Assembly (NCBI RefSeq): GCF_000284455.1
Contig: NC_017039.1
Span: 2,550,001-2,582,000 of the forward strand
Direction: 5' to 3'
DNA from: Synechocystis sp. PCC 6803 substr. PCC-P
Lineage (GTDB): Bacteria > Cyanobacteriota > Cyanobacteriia > Cyanobacteriales > Microcystaceae
DNA: 32,000 nt
Under the pieces are notes generated by a model. The model saw only the letters and a program-made list of their open reading frames with translations. It made no database searches and was not told where the DNA came from. The translations under genes were made by a program, and so were the position numbers. Shown in pieces: positions 7,939 through 16,801 of this stretch. The first letter of the stretch is position 1; each line of letters starts with the position of its first letter.

Positions 7939-9132
7939 TTAAATAATCGCATTGGGGTCTTCATTGCGGGCCACGGAAACTACCCGTTCTGTCATGGGAA
8001 CATAAGATAAATTATGGTCACCGATGTAAATTTGGGTAGGACGGTAAATTTTATTGACTGATAATTGTTCCTTCCAGTGGGCCAACCAACCCGCCACCCT
8101 GGCGATCGCAAATAGGGGCGTAAACAGATCGGCGGGGATGTCTAGCTTGCGGTAAACCAAACCGGAATAGAAGTCCACATTGGGGTAAATGCCCTTTTGA
8201 CCCACGTATTCTTCCACTACTTTTTCCAACTCCACTGCGATTTCGTAATATTCGTCGTGGCCCATTTTGGCAAATAACTGTTCAGCCAAATCCTGCAAAA
8301 TAATTGCCCGGGGGTCTTTGACTTTATAAACTCGGTGGCCAAAGCCCATGATGCGCTGTTTGTTGGCCAGGCATTTTTCCACGTAGGGGCGGACATTTTC
8401 CACTGAGCCAATTTCTTCAAGCATATTTAGCACTTCTTCGTTGGCTCCCCCGTGGAGCGGCCCCGCCAAAGTCCCCACCGCCGAGGCAACCACTGCATAG
8501 GGATCCGTGAGAGTAGAAGCCGTTACCCGGGCCGAAAAGGTGGACGCATTCATGGTGTGCTCAGCATGGAGGGTCAAACACACATCAAACACTTTGGCGG
8601 CAAAGGGGTCTGGCTCCTTCTCCGTCAGCATGTAAAGGAAGTTGGAAGCGTAATCCAATTTATCATTGGGCTGAATGGGATCGTTACCCTCCCGGATCAT
8701 GTGGAAAGCTGCCACCATGGTGGGGATTTTGGCTAACAGACGCACCACCGCCGCCCGGATATATTTGGGGTCATCCAAGGCCCGTCGAGCATAGAACAAT
8801 CCCAAGGCCGCCGCTGAAGTTTGCAAGGCATCCATGGGGTGCCCTGTTTCGGGAAAACATTTCATCATGTCCCGGATGTGGTACTTAATGCGTCGATGGG
8901 TGCGAATTTCGTACTCAAACTCTTCGATCTCTGCCTGGGTGGGCAATTTACCCCAGATGAGCAGATAGGCTACTTCGATAAAACTACTGGATTTGGCTAA
9001 TTCTTCGATGCGAATGCCCCGGTACTCCAAAATACCGTCGGTGCCATCCACATGGCTCACCCTCGATTTAGCGGCGGGGACTCCGGCTAGGCCTTCTTTA
9101 AACACTTCGTTATCAGTCATCATATAATTCAC
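7939..9132 (-). CDS. gltA: citrate synthase
   Basis: 397 aa with the citrate synthase signature GFGHRVYK and catalytic-His contexts (LHAEHTMNAST, GPLHGGAN). Confidence 0.95.
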   Translation of the reverse strand: MNYMMTDNEVFKEGLAGVPAAKSRVSHVDGTDGILEYRGIRIEELAKSSSFIEVAYLLIWGKLPTQAEIEEFEYEIRTHRRIKYHIRDMMKCFPETGHPMDALQTSAAALGLFYARRALDDPKYIRAAVVRLLAKIPTMVAAFHMIREGNDPIQPNDKLDYASNFLYMLTEKEPDPFAAKVFDVCLTLHAEHTMNASTFSARVTASTLTDPYAVVASAVGTLAGPLHGGANEEVLNMLEEIGSVENVRPYVEKCLANKQRIMGFGHRVYKVKDPRAIILQDLAEQLFAKMGHDEYYEIAVELEKVVEEYVGQKGIYPNVDFYSGLVYRKLDIPADLFTPLFAIARVAGWLAHWKEQLSVNKIYRPTQIYIGDHNLSYVPMTERVVSVARNEDPNAII

Positions 9133-9181
9133 CTATAACGGACAATGCCACTACTGTTGTTGCTTAGAGATTTGGATTAAC

Positions 9182-9207
9182 AAAAAATTGCGCCGGCCCG
9201 GGCCAGC
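9182..9207 (-). terminator. candidate intrinsic terminator downstream of sixA
   Basis: The minus strand reads gctggcccgggccggc gcaa tttttt. This is a GC-rich hairpin (5-6 bp including one G:U) followed by a T6 run after a 4-nt spacer. It lies between the sixA stop and the gltA promoter region. Confidence 0.4.
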
Positions 9208-9325
9208 CTGTCCCCATATCCATATTAGGGAATCTGAAGGAATTCTGGAAATTTACCTTCACCCCTGGATTGAGCCCAGTACTGGTCCGACGAGCTTCGA
9301 TCATTCGATCAATTGTGGGCTAGAT

Positions 9326-9820
9326 CTAGACCAGCCAACGGGGGGGAGTGAGCAAAAACAGTTGCCCTTCACCCGGTGGACAGTCCCAGGAAGGCAACGT
9401 TAAACCAATAATGCCAGCTTTCTTAACAATTAATTTGCCTTGGGGGCTACCAAAAGTGAGATATTCAGCCCAGTTGGCCAAATCCGGCTGATGACCCACT
9501 AGGGCAAGGCAACGGTGACTGCGGTGGCGATATTCTTCTTTTAAATCATTGATGCCTTGGGGAATGTCTTCCCCGGGGGCGAGGGAGGAAAAGGTTTCCA
9601 ATTGGGGTGCAAGCCCCTGGTCCATGAGAATCTGTGCTGTTTGTTGAGCTCGTACTAAAGGACTAGTGAGAATGAGGTCAAATTCCACTCCGATCGCCTG
9701 GAGGCGTTGGGCCACTCGCTGGGTTTTGTCCTTACCTTTTTTAGTCAACTGGCGATCGCCGTCGGGGATATCCGGGGACTGTTCCTGGGCAATGCCGTGA
9801 CGAATAAGGTAAAGTTCCAT
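9326..9820 (-). CDS. sixA: phosphohistidine phosphatase SixA (histidine phosphatase superfamily)
   Basis: 164 aa. N-terminal LYLIRHG catalytic RHG motif. [12 protein letters not shown] and a GHQP His context. The size is typical of SixA. Confidence 0.8.
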
Positions 9821-9882
9821 AGAAATGACCGATAAAATAGGGAAGTTAGAGGCGATGGGCCGGCAAACTCAAGCAGAAAGCC

Positions 9883-10686
9883 ATGGAAAAATACAACATC
9901 CAAGTTTTAGGTAATGTTAATTCCCAAGAAACCTTAGTTTTTGCCCATGGGTTTGGGAGTGAACAAAACGCTTGGCGCTCTATCTATCCGGCCTTTGAAG
10001 AAAATTATCGCATTGTTTTATTTGACTTTCCTGGCAGTAAACCCGCTAATAGCAAAGATTTTGATATTCAAAATTACAATTCCCTCAAGGATTATGCCGA
10101 TGATTTGATGGAGATCGCCCATTTGGCAGGGGTGCGTCAGGGAATTCTAATTGCCCACTCTGCTAGTTGCATGATTGGGGTGCTAGCCAGTTTGCGGGAT
10201 CCGAATTTGTTTAAGGGCATGGTTTTCATTTGTGGTTCCCCCCGCTATCGGGATGATGGGGATTATAAAGGCGGTTTTAGCCAAGAAAAAATCGCCACAA
10301 TTCTCAATGAAATGAGCCATAACTATGCCGAGTGGATTCGCACCTATGCCCCGGCGGCGGTTAATGATCCCAACAAGCCAGAATTGGTGGAAGAATTTTC
10401 CCATTGTCTTTTGCAACTGCGTCCTGACATTGGCTTGGTGGTATTTAGTCTCATCATCATGTCCGATTACCGTCGGGAGGTGGCCCAGGTGGAGATCCCG
10501 ACCTTAATCGTGCAACCCCAGGAGGACATTTTTGTGCCGCCCACAGTGGGGGCTTATCTTTACAGGATTATGAAAAATAGTGAACTTTATTGGATTGATA
10601 CTCCGGGGCATTTTCCCCATCTGGCTAACCCAACGGAAATCACCAAGGCGATCGCCGATTATTTACAGGAAAATGAATTCGTTTAA
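9883..10686 (+). CDS. alpha/beta hydrolase of the RsbQ / D14 / KAI2-like clade
   Basis: HGFGSEQNAWRSIYPAFEENYRIVLFD, the nucleophile elbow AHSASCMIG (Ser93 codon 10159-10161), FICGSPRY..D.DYKGGF, a lid region, MSDYRRE (Asp) and GHFPHLA (His). These follow the block order I remember for RsbQ and plant D14/KAI2. Confidence 0.75.
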   Translation: MEKYNIQVLGNVNSQETLVFAHGFGSEQNAWRSIYPAFEENYRIVLFDFPGSKPANSKDFDIQNYNSLKDYADDLMEIAHLAGVRQGILIAHSASCMIGVLASLRDPNLFKGMVFICGSPRYRDDGDYKGGFSQEKIATILNEMSHNYAEWIRTYAPAAVNDPNKPELVEEFSHCLLQLRPDIGLVVFSLIIMSDYRREVAQVEIPTLIVQPQEDIFVPPTVGAYLYRIMKNSELYWIDTPGHFPHLANPTEITKAIADYLQENEFV

Positions 10687-10779
10687 CTGGTGACCCTAAG
10701 ACAGGTTTATGGCGCGGGGCTTCTCGCGTTTTAAGCTAATATTTGGGGGACAGCTTTTGGGGCACTGGAGGGTTTAACA

Positions 10780-11976
10780 ATGGCTAAAGTAATGATTGTG
10801 GGAGCTGGGGGCGTGGGCAGTGTGGTGGCCCACAAATGCGCGGCTTTAGAGGACTTTACAGACATTCTTCTGGCTAGTCGCACGGTGGCCAAATGTGATC
10901 AAATTGCGGCTCACATTGGTTCCCCCAAGGTTAAAACTGCTGCCCTGGATGCTTTTCAGGTTAGTGACACGGTCAAACTCCTACAGGACTTTGGGGCCGA
11001 CTTGCTCATTAACGTGGCTTTGCCCTACCAGGACTTGGTGTTGATGGATGCTTGCTTAGAAGCGGGGGTGGATTACCTCGACACCGCTAATTACGAGCCT
11101 CCCGACGTGGCCAAGTTTGAATATAGTTGGCAGTGGGCTTACCAAGACAAGTTTAAGGATGCCGGGTTAATGGCTCTGTTGGGTTGTGGCTTTGACCCAG
11201 GGGTAACGGGAGTTTTTACTGCCTATGCCCTCAAGCACCATTTTGATGAGATCCATTACCTAGACATTGTGGATTGTAATGCGGGGAACCATGGTCAGGC
11301 CTTTGCCACCAATTTCAACCCAGAGATTAATATTCGCGAAATTACCCAAAAGGGCCGTTACCACGAAGATGGGGTTTGGCAGGAAATTGATCCCCTTTCC
11401 GTTCACCGGGATATTAACTATCCCCACATTGGCGATCGCCCTTCCTATTTGCTCTACCACGAGGAATTGGAATCCCTGGTGAAAAATATTCCTACCCTGA
11501 AACGGGCCCGCTTTTGGATGACCTTTTCGGAAGCTTACATTAACCATCTGCGGGTGCTGGAGGCGGTGGGTATGACCCGCATTGATGAAGTGGAATACCA
11601 GGGGCAAAAAATTGTCCCCCTACAATTTCTCAAGGCTGTGTTACCGGAACCCGCTTCCTTGGCGGAAAATTATTCGGGGCAAACCTCCATTGGTTGCTAC
11701 ATCAAGGGCGTTAAAGATGGTCAAGCCAAAACCTATTACATCTACAATAACTGCGACCATGCTGTCTGTTTTGCCGAAGTAGGCTCCCAGGCCATTTCCT
11801 ACACCACCGGAGTGCCCGCCGCGTTGGGGGGACTGATGATGGTACAGGGCAAATGGAAGCAAGCAGGGGTATTCAATGTGGAAGAAATGGACCCCGATCC
11901 GTTCCTCGCCAAATTGGGGGAAATGGGTTTGCCCTGGCACGAAGTAGTCAACGGCCCTTTTCCTTTTGACGATTAG
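10780..11976 (+). CDS. saccharopine dehydrogenase-family enzyme, most like carboxy(nor)spermidine dehydrogenase
   Basis: N-terminal Rossmann motif IVGAGGVGSVVAHK. About 400 aa. Conserved GCGFDPGV block. The length and blocks are typical of the polyamine-pathway CASDH/CANSDH group. Confidence 0.75.
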   Translation: MAKVMIVGAGGVGSVVAHKCAALEDFTDILLASRTVAKCDQIAAHIGSPKVKTAALDAFQVSDTVKLLQDFGADLLINVALPYQDLVLMDACLEAGVDYLDTANYEPPDVAKFEYSWQWAYQDKFKDAGLMALLGCGFDPGVTGVFTAYALKHHFDEIHYLDIVDCNAGNHGQAFATNFNPEINIREITQKGRYHEDGVWQEIDPLSVHRDINYPHIGDRPSYLLYHEELESLVKNIPTLKRARFWMTFSEAYINHLRVLEAVGMTRIDEVEYQGQKIVPLQFLKAVLPEPASLAENYSGQTSIGCYIKGVKDGQAKTYYIYNNCDHAVCFAEVGSQAISYTTGVPAALGGLMMVQGKWKQAGVFNVEEMDPDPFLAKLGEMGLPWHEVVNGPFPFDD

Positions 11977-12001
11977 TGATTAGTTTTTAACTCAATTTTT
12001 A

Positions 12002-12217
12002 ATGACTTCTGACCCCATTACCCTCCTCGTCAACGGCGATCGCCAAATCGCTTCTAGTCCAGTTACATTGCCGGATTTTTTGCAAAATCAAGGGTTTAAC
12101 CTCCGCTTAATTGCGGTGGAATACAACGGTGAAATTCTCCATCGACAATTTTGGCCGGAAACCCAATTGCAAAACGGCGATCGCCTGGAGGTAGTTACCA
12201 TTGTGGGAGGCGGCTAG
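12002..12217 (+). CDS. thiS: ThiS-type sulfur-carrier protein (ubiquitin-like fold)
   Basis: 71 aa. INGE-like core (VEYNGEIL), D.LEVV..VGGG with a C-terminal Gly-Gly. Typical ThiS length. Confidence 0.8.
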   Translation: MTSDPITLLVNGDRQIASSPVTLPDFLQNQGFNLRLIAVEYNGEILHRQFWPETQLQNGDRLEVVTIVGGG

Positions 12218-12291
12218 CTTTTAATGGGGAGTGGTATAGCACCGCCTAGAATGGTTCTTAGCCCCAAATTTTTTTTGTAAGCACTTTTTCT

Positions 12292-13272
12292 GTGGAAATT
12301 ACTTTTCTTGGTACCAGCTCCGGCGTTCCCACCCGTAACCGCAATGTTTCCAGCATTGCCCTCCGTTTACCCCAAAGGGCGGAATTGTGGTTATTTGATT
12401 GCGGAGAAGGCACCCAACACCAGTTTTTGCGCAGTGAAGTCAAAATTTCCCAATTGACCCGCATTTTCATTACCCATCTCCACGGCGACCACATTTTTGG
12501 GCTGATGGGTTTATTGGCTAGCTCCGGTTTAGCTGGCTCCGGTCAAGGTATTGAAATTTATGGCCCAGAGGGCTTGGGGGATTATTTAGAAGCCTGTTGC
12601 CGTTTTTCTAGTACCCACCTGGGCAAACGCCTCAAAGTTCACACTGTCCGAGAAAATGGGCTAATTTACGAAGATAAGGATTTTCAAGTCCACTGCGGTT
12701 TACTAAAACATCGCATTCCGGCCTATGGGTATCGAGTGGAGGAAAAGCAACGGCCAGGGCGTTTCAATGTGGAGCAAGCGGAAGCTTTGGGCATTCCCTT
12801 TGGTCCTATTTACGGCCAGTTAAAACAGGGAAAAACCGTCACCCTGGAAGATGGTCGCCGAATTCGAGGTCAGGACCTCTGTGAACCACCGGAACCGGGC
12901 CGGAAATTTGTTTACTGTACTGATACGGTCTTTTGTGAAGAGGCGATCGCCTTGGCCCAGGAAGCAGATTTGCTGGTACATGAAGCCACTTTTGCCCATC
13001 AGGATGCCCAGCTAGCCTTTGACCGGCTCCATTCCACTTCCACCATGGCAGCCCAGGTAGCTTTGTTGGCCAATGTCAAGCAGTTAATCATGACCCATTT
13101 CAGCCCCCGCTATGCCCCCGGCAATCCCCTGCAACTGGAAAATCTACTGGCGGAAGCCCAAGCTATTTTTCCCAATACCCGTTTGGCTAGGGATTTTTTA
13201 ACGGTGGAAATTCCTCGCCGCACAGCCGATCCTGCCATCGCAATGTCAACCCCTCAGGCATCCCCTGCATAG
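12292..13272 (+). CDS. rnz: ribonuclease Z (tRNA 3' endonuclease, metallo-beta-lactamase fold)
   Basis: GTG start. [14 protein letters not shown], the HLHGDH metal motif and a C-terminal HFSPRY block. Confidence 0.9.
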   Translation: MEITFLGTSSGVPTRNRNVSSIALRLPQRAELWLFDCGEGTQHQFLRSEVKISQLTRIFITHLHGDHIFGLMGLLASSGLAGSGQGIEIYGPEGLGDYLEACCRFSSTHLGKRLKVHTVRENGLIYEDKDFQVHCGLLKHRIPAYGYRVEEKQRPGRFNVEQAEALGIPFGPIYGQLKQGKTVTLEDGRRIRGQDLCEPPEPGRKFVYCTDTVFCEEAIALAQEADLLVHEATFAHQDAQLAFDRLHSTSTMAAQVALLANVKQLIMTHFSPRYAPGNPLQLENLLAEAQAIFPNTRLARDFLTVEIPRRTADPAIAMSTPQASPA

Positions 13273-13937
13273 CCGACCTTAGCCCGATACAGTAAAGCTT
13301 CGCTGCGTCGGTAACCCACGTAACGCACCATCACCATGGTCCCAACGTCTGGCCGTGGCCCTGGACCGATAAATTCATGGTATTGGGGATCGTAGGGCAC
13401 CATTTCCCCCACAGTGGCGATCACCTCCACTTGCCATTGTTGAAGTAGGGTCGCGATGGGTTTAGTGAGGGGTAAAAGCTTTTGGGCTGGCCATTGGGGA
13501 TTTTGTTGGGCGGCGGCGGCGGCAGTGGGCCATTGCAGTAACCAAGGCTCAAGAATTTCTAGAGCTTTTTGTTGCCATTGACTTTCCAATTGCTGGGATT
13601 GATAGGTCAATTGCCGTTGCAGTCTGGTATATTCCCCTTGCAATGCCTTAATGGTCTGCTGTAGTTGTTGGTTTTCCTCGATCACCGCTTGATCTTGTTC
13701 TATTTTTCCTAATTCGTTTCCTCCACCCAATTCTTGCCACAACTCTTCTAGGGTTAAACCCAAGGCGATCGCCAATTTGACCATAACGCCCAGGGGAATT
13801 TGTGCTATCAAACCCCGCTCTAAACGGTAGAGATACCAAGTGGAAATGTCTGCCGTTTCTGATAGTTTAGACAGAGAAGCATAACCAGCTTGCTCACAAA
13901 GTCGTTGTAAATTTTCTCGGTAAGGAATATTAGTCAT
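13254..13937 (-). CDS. XRE-type HTH / Gln-rich coiled coil / GrpE-like C-terminal domain fusion protein
   Basis: The N-terminus [45 protein letters not shown] is an HTH_XRE. The middle is heptad-like and Q-rich ([34 protein letters not shown]). The C-terminus [22 protein letters not shown]...[23 protein letters not shown] follows the GrpE beta-domain pattern (.DP..H.A......G.V.....GY......R.A.V). Confidence 0.7.
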   Translation of the reverse strand: MTNIPYRENLQRLCEQAGYASLSKLSETADISTWYLYRLERGLIAQIPLGVMVKLAIALGLTLEELWQELGGGNELGKIEQDQAVIEENQQLQQTIKALQGEYTRLQRQLTYQSQQLESQWQQKALEILEPWLLQWPTAAAAAQQNPQWPAQKLLPLTKPIATLLQQWQVEVIATVGEMVPYDPQYHEFIGPGPRPDVGTMVMVRYVGYRRSEALLYRAKVGYAGDA

Positions 13938-13968
13938 AGGGAATTAACAAAATGATTACGATCAAGTT

Positions 13969-14970
13969 TTAGCTTGACTTAAACTTATTTTTTACTTTTG
14001 TCAGTAAACTTTTAAACTTTAGCCAAGCAATTCTTCTTTGGGTTAAAGGTTCAATGGTTTGACTAAAACTGGGATGATAATCAAAAAATTCGTTAATATC
14101 TAATAAAATCACCCTTAACCGTTCTAAAATATTTTCCCGACGATACTCTGCCAACAAATTGGGGTCTACCCTGCGCCATTGCCTAGAACCTTTTACCACA
14201 CCTAGAATTCTTTGACAGTCGTAGTCCAGAGCGTAACCAGCAATTTTTTCGCAGTTAAATCCAGGGTCTAGATAATCGGAGAGCCCCCCATTGACACTAG
14301 AAAAAACATGACAGCCACAGGCCATGGCTTCCATGGGTTGCAGGCCAAAACCTTCACTTACTCCCTGTTGCGCCCAATATTCTGCTGAATCGTAAAGATA
14401 AACTTTAGCCCGGTTAAATATTCCCGTTAAATCTTCTACGTAACTGTCAATTACTTTTACGTTACATTGACTCTGTAAAGCCGGAATTAATTGTTTTAAT
14501 AAATAGTGGGATGATTTACGAGCTTGCACCAACACATCAATGTCCCGGACTAGGCCTAAATCACTGAAATCTTCGGAAATATGATTGGGTAAATAATACA
14601 GTAAAGAATGGGGCGATCGTTGTCCCCAATAACCCATGGTGTTGCGGCTAATGCAAACGATGGGCAAAGCTGTCGGTAAATCAAAGCCGTAGCCGGTACT
14701 GTGGGCGTGGTAAATTACCCGATAACCCTGCAATTTTTTTGCTAATTTGGGAATATCAAAGCCCCAACTAATCACAAAAATTACTTGACCTAAATCTCCC
14801 TGAGACAAAATATCATCTAAAAAAAGCGTGTTTGGTTCCCGCTGTTTATAGGTAACAATGGTGGCAGGACAAATTTCTTGTACCAGCTTGATGGTTTTTA
14901 ATTCTGCCCATAGGCCGCCACAGACGAATTTACCCCCTAATCCCGGTAATAAAAAGTAAAGTTTACGCAT
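13969..14970 (-). CDS. GT-B fold (GT1/GT4-like) glycosyltransferase, AT-rich
   Basis: The C-terminal half has the GT4-type EGFGLQPMEAMACGCHVFSS..GG motif. The N-terminus has LLPGLGGKFVCGG. The gene and its flanks are visibly AT-rich and carry no full HIP1 site. Confidence 0.6.
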   Translation of the reverse strand: MRKLYFLLPGLGGKFVCGGLWAELKTIKLVQEICPATIVTYKQREPNTLFLDDILSQGDLGQVIFVISWGFDIPKLAKKLQGYRVIYHAHSTGYGFDLPTALPIVCISRNTMGYWGQRSPHSLLYYLPNHISEDFSDLGLVRDIDVLVQARKSSHYLLKQLIPALQSQCNVKVIDSYVEDLTGIFNRAKVYLYDSAEYWAQQGVSEGFGLQPMEAMACGCHVFSSVNGGLSDYLDPGFNCEKIAGYALDYDCQRILGVVKGSRQWRRVDPNLLAEYRRENILERLRVILLDINEFFDYHPSFSQTIEPLTQRRIAWLKFKSLLTKVKNKFKSS

Positions 14971-15063
14971 TGAAGTTTGATTTAAATATACGGAATAAAA
15001 ATAAGTTAATAAATATTAAAACACTAAAATAAATCTTAGCTTTTGATCTGAATGTCACTAAAA

Positions 15064-15918
15064 TTAAGCAAACACCACAGTGCGGTTATCATAAACAAGA
15101 ATTCGATGTTGCAAATGTAAACGCACGGCCCTAGCCAGCACCACCCTTTCTAAATCTCTTCCCTTACGAATTAAATCGTCCACATTATCCCGGTGACTAA
15201 CCCTGACCACATCCTGCTCGATAATTGGACCCTCATCCAATTGGGCGGTGGCATAGTGGGCGGTGGCTCCAATGATTTTTACGCCCCGCTCATGGGCACG
15301 ATGGTAGGGATTAGCGCCGGGAAAAGCCGGTAAAAAAGAGTGGTGAATATTAATAATGTTGGGAAATTGAACCACAAAATCCGTGGTTAAAATTTGTAGA
15401 TATTTTGCTAACACCACTAGATCAATTTGGTACTGTTTCAACAAAGCCAATTCGGCCGTTTCCTGAGCTAATTTATTCTCTTTCGTAATGGGTAAACAAT
15501 GGAAATCAATGCCAAATTGGTCAGCAATGGATTTGAGGTCAGGATGATTACTAATAATGAGGGGAATTTCACAACGCAACTCTCCCGATCGCCAACGCCA
15601 GAGAATATCGAGCAGACAATGGTCTTGCTTGGACACCCAGAGGGCTAACCGGGGCAACTGGTCAGAAAAATGAATTTGCCAAGTAGCTTGGAGTTGCTCA
15701 GCCAATTGGGACCAAGCGGATAACAACTCCGGACGGGATAGGCGAAAATTGTCCAACTGCCACTCCACCCGATTTAAAAAAAGTCCACTGGAGAAGTCCG
15801 TGTGCTGGTCGGCATGGATAATATTGCCCTGGTTTTGATAAATAAACTGGGCAATTTGGGCCACAATGCCCGGTTGGTCAGGACAGGAAACAAGCAGTGT
15901 TGCGGTGAGATTTTGCAT
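15064..15918 (-). CDS. purU: formyltetrahydrofolate deformylase
   Basis: N-terminal ACT domain (LLVSCPDQPGIVAQIAQFI). Formyltransferase core (INIHHSFLPAFPGANPYHRAHERGVKIIGATAHY). The ORF track begins at TTG 15927, and ATG 15918 (MQNLTA...) is preferred. Confidence 0.9.
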   Translation of the reverse strand: MQNLTATLLVSCPDQPGIVAQIAQFIYQNQGNIIHADQHTDFSSGLFLNRVEWQLDNFRLSRPELLSAWSQLAEQLQATWQIHFSDQLPRLALWVSKQDHCLLDILWRWRSGELRCEIPLIISNHPDLKSIADQFGIDFHCLPITKENKLAQETAELALLKQYQIDLVVLAKYLQILTTDFVVQFPNIINIHHSFLPAFPGANPYHRAHERGVKIIGATAHYATAQLDEGPIIEQDVVRVSHRDNVDDLIRKGRDLERVVLARAVRLHLQHRILVYDNRTVVFA

Positions 15919-16095
15919 CAAAGACAAAGGAATACAGCCCTAGGAATATGAGACGATAGTCCACCTTGTCATTTTCCCACTTAGTGCCCCCAGGGAATTT
16001 TTCTGACTATGATGGGGAAAATTGAAAAATTTGCCCTAACTCAAAATACCTCAGTTTTTTTAGTTGTTCTTCCTGATACTCAGCTAAATTACCCC

Positions 16096-16800
16096 ATGGC
16101 TAAAATCCCTACTATTGATCGCCGTCAGTTAATCCAATATGGCGGAGCTTTCCTCGGCACTAGCTTGATGGCCACCATACTGGGCAATCAAATGGCTGGT
16201 AACCCGGCTGCCCAGGCCCAGTCTGCTAACCAAACGCCCCAGCAACTTTTAACGGAATTGATGGAGGGCAATGGACGTTTTGCCGCACAAAAAAGGGTTA
16301 AGGCCAACCAAGACCTCTATCGTCTTGCGGAAGTGGCCCAAGGTCAAAATCCCTTTGCCGCTATCCTTAGTTGTGCCGATTCCCGAGTACCGCCGGAGAT
16401 TATCTTTGATCAGGGTTTAGGGGATTTGTTCATCTGTCGCATTGCCGGCAACGTCGCAACCCCTCAGGAGGTGGGAAGCTTGGAATTTGGCACCCTAGTT
16501 TTGGGAGCAAAGGTGTTGATGGTTTTGGGACACCAAGGTTGTGGGGCTGTGAAAGCCGCCATGGATGGGGGAGATTTACCGGGACAAATTGGCAGTGTGA
16601 TCAAAAAAATTGATATCGGCTCTGTTACCGATGACAGCAGTAATGCCGCCAGTGTGGTCATGGCCACGAAAGCCAACGTTGAACACCAAATGGCAGTACT
16701 CATACAATCCCCGGTGCTAAGTCAATTGATAGCTGAAGAAAGGTTATTGATTATGGGCGCTTACTACAATCTAGAGTCGGGCATTGTAACACTGTTGTAG
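16096..16800 (+). CDS. ecaB: beta-class carbonic anhydrase with twin-arginine (Tat) signal peptide
   Basis: Zinc ligand motifs CADSRVPPE and GHQGCGAV. The N-terminus MAKIPTIDRRQLIQYGGAFLGTSLMA...AQAQ has an RR Tat motif plus an h-region. The ORF extends to 16009, but ATG 16096 places the RR motif in the normal position. Confidence 0.85.
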   Translation: MAKIPTIDRRQLIQYGGAFLGTSLMATILGNQMAGNPAAQAQSANQTPQQLLTELMEGNGRFAAQKRVKANQDLYRLAEVAQGQNPFAAILSCADSRVPPEIIFDQGLGDLFICRIAGNVATPQEVGSLEFGTLVLGAKVLMVLGHQGCGAVKAAMDGGDLPGQIGSVIKKIDIGSVTDDSSNAASVVMATKANVEHQMAVLIQSPVLSQLIAEERLLIMGAYYNLESGIVTLL

Positions 16801-16801
16801 T

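Noticed and set aside
9188-9403. 71-aa plus-strand ORF spanning the gltA-sixA spacer
   Set aside because: It overlaps the sixA 3' end in antisense and the putative sixA terminator. The composition is unremarkable and it is probably non-coding.
11977-12001. TPP riboswitch upstream of thiS
   Set aside because: The spacer is only 25 nt, far too short for a THI-box aptamer of about 100 nt.
12258-12494. 78-aa minus-strand ORF antisense to the rnz start
   Set aside because: It is antisense to the conserved N-terminal RNase Z motifs ([14 protein letters not shown] region), with no independent support.
13254-13937. Calling this gene canonical grpE
   Set aside because: Only the C-terminal 55 or so residues follow the GrpE pattern. 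The N-terminus is an XRE HTH, and the typical long DnaK-contacting helix region and dnaK/dnaJ linkage are missing. It is described as a GrpE-like fusion instead.
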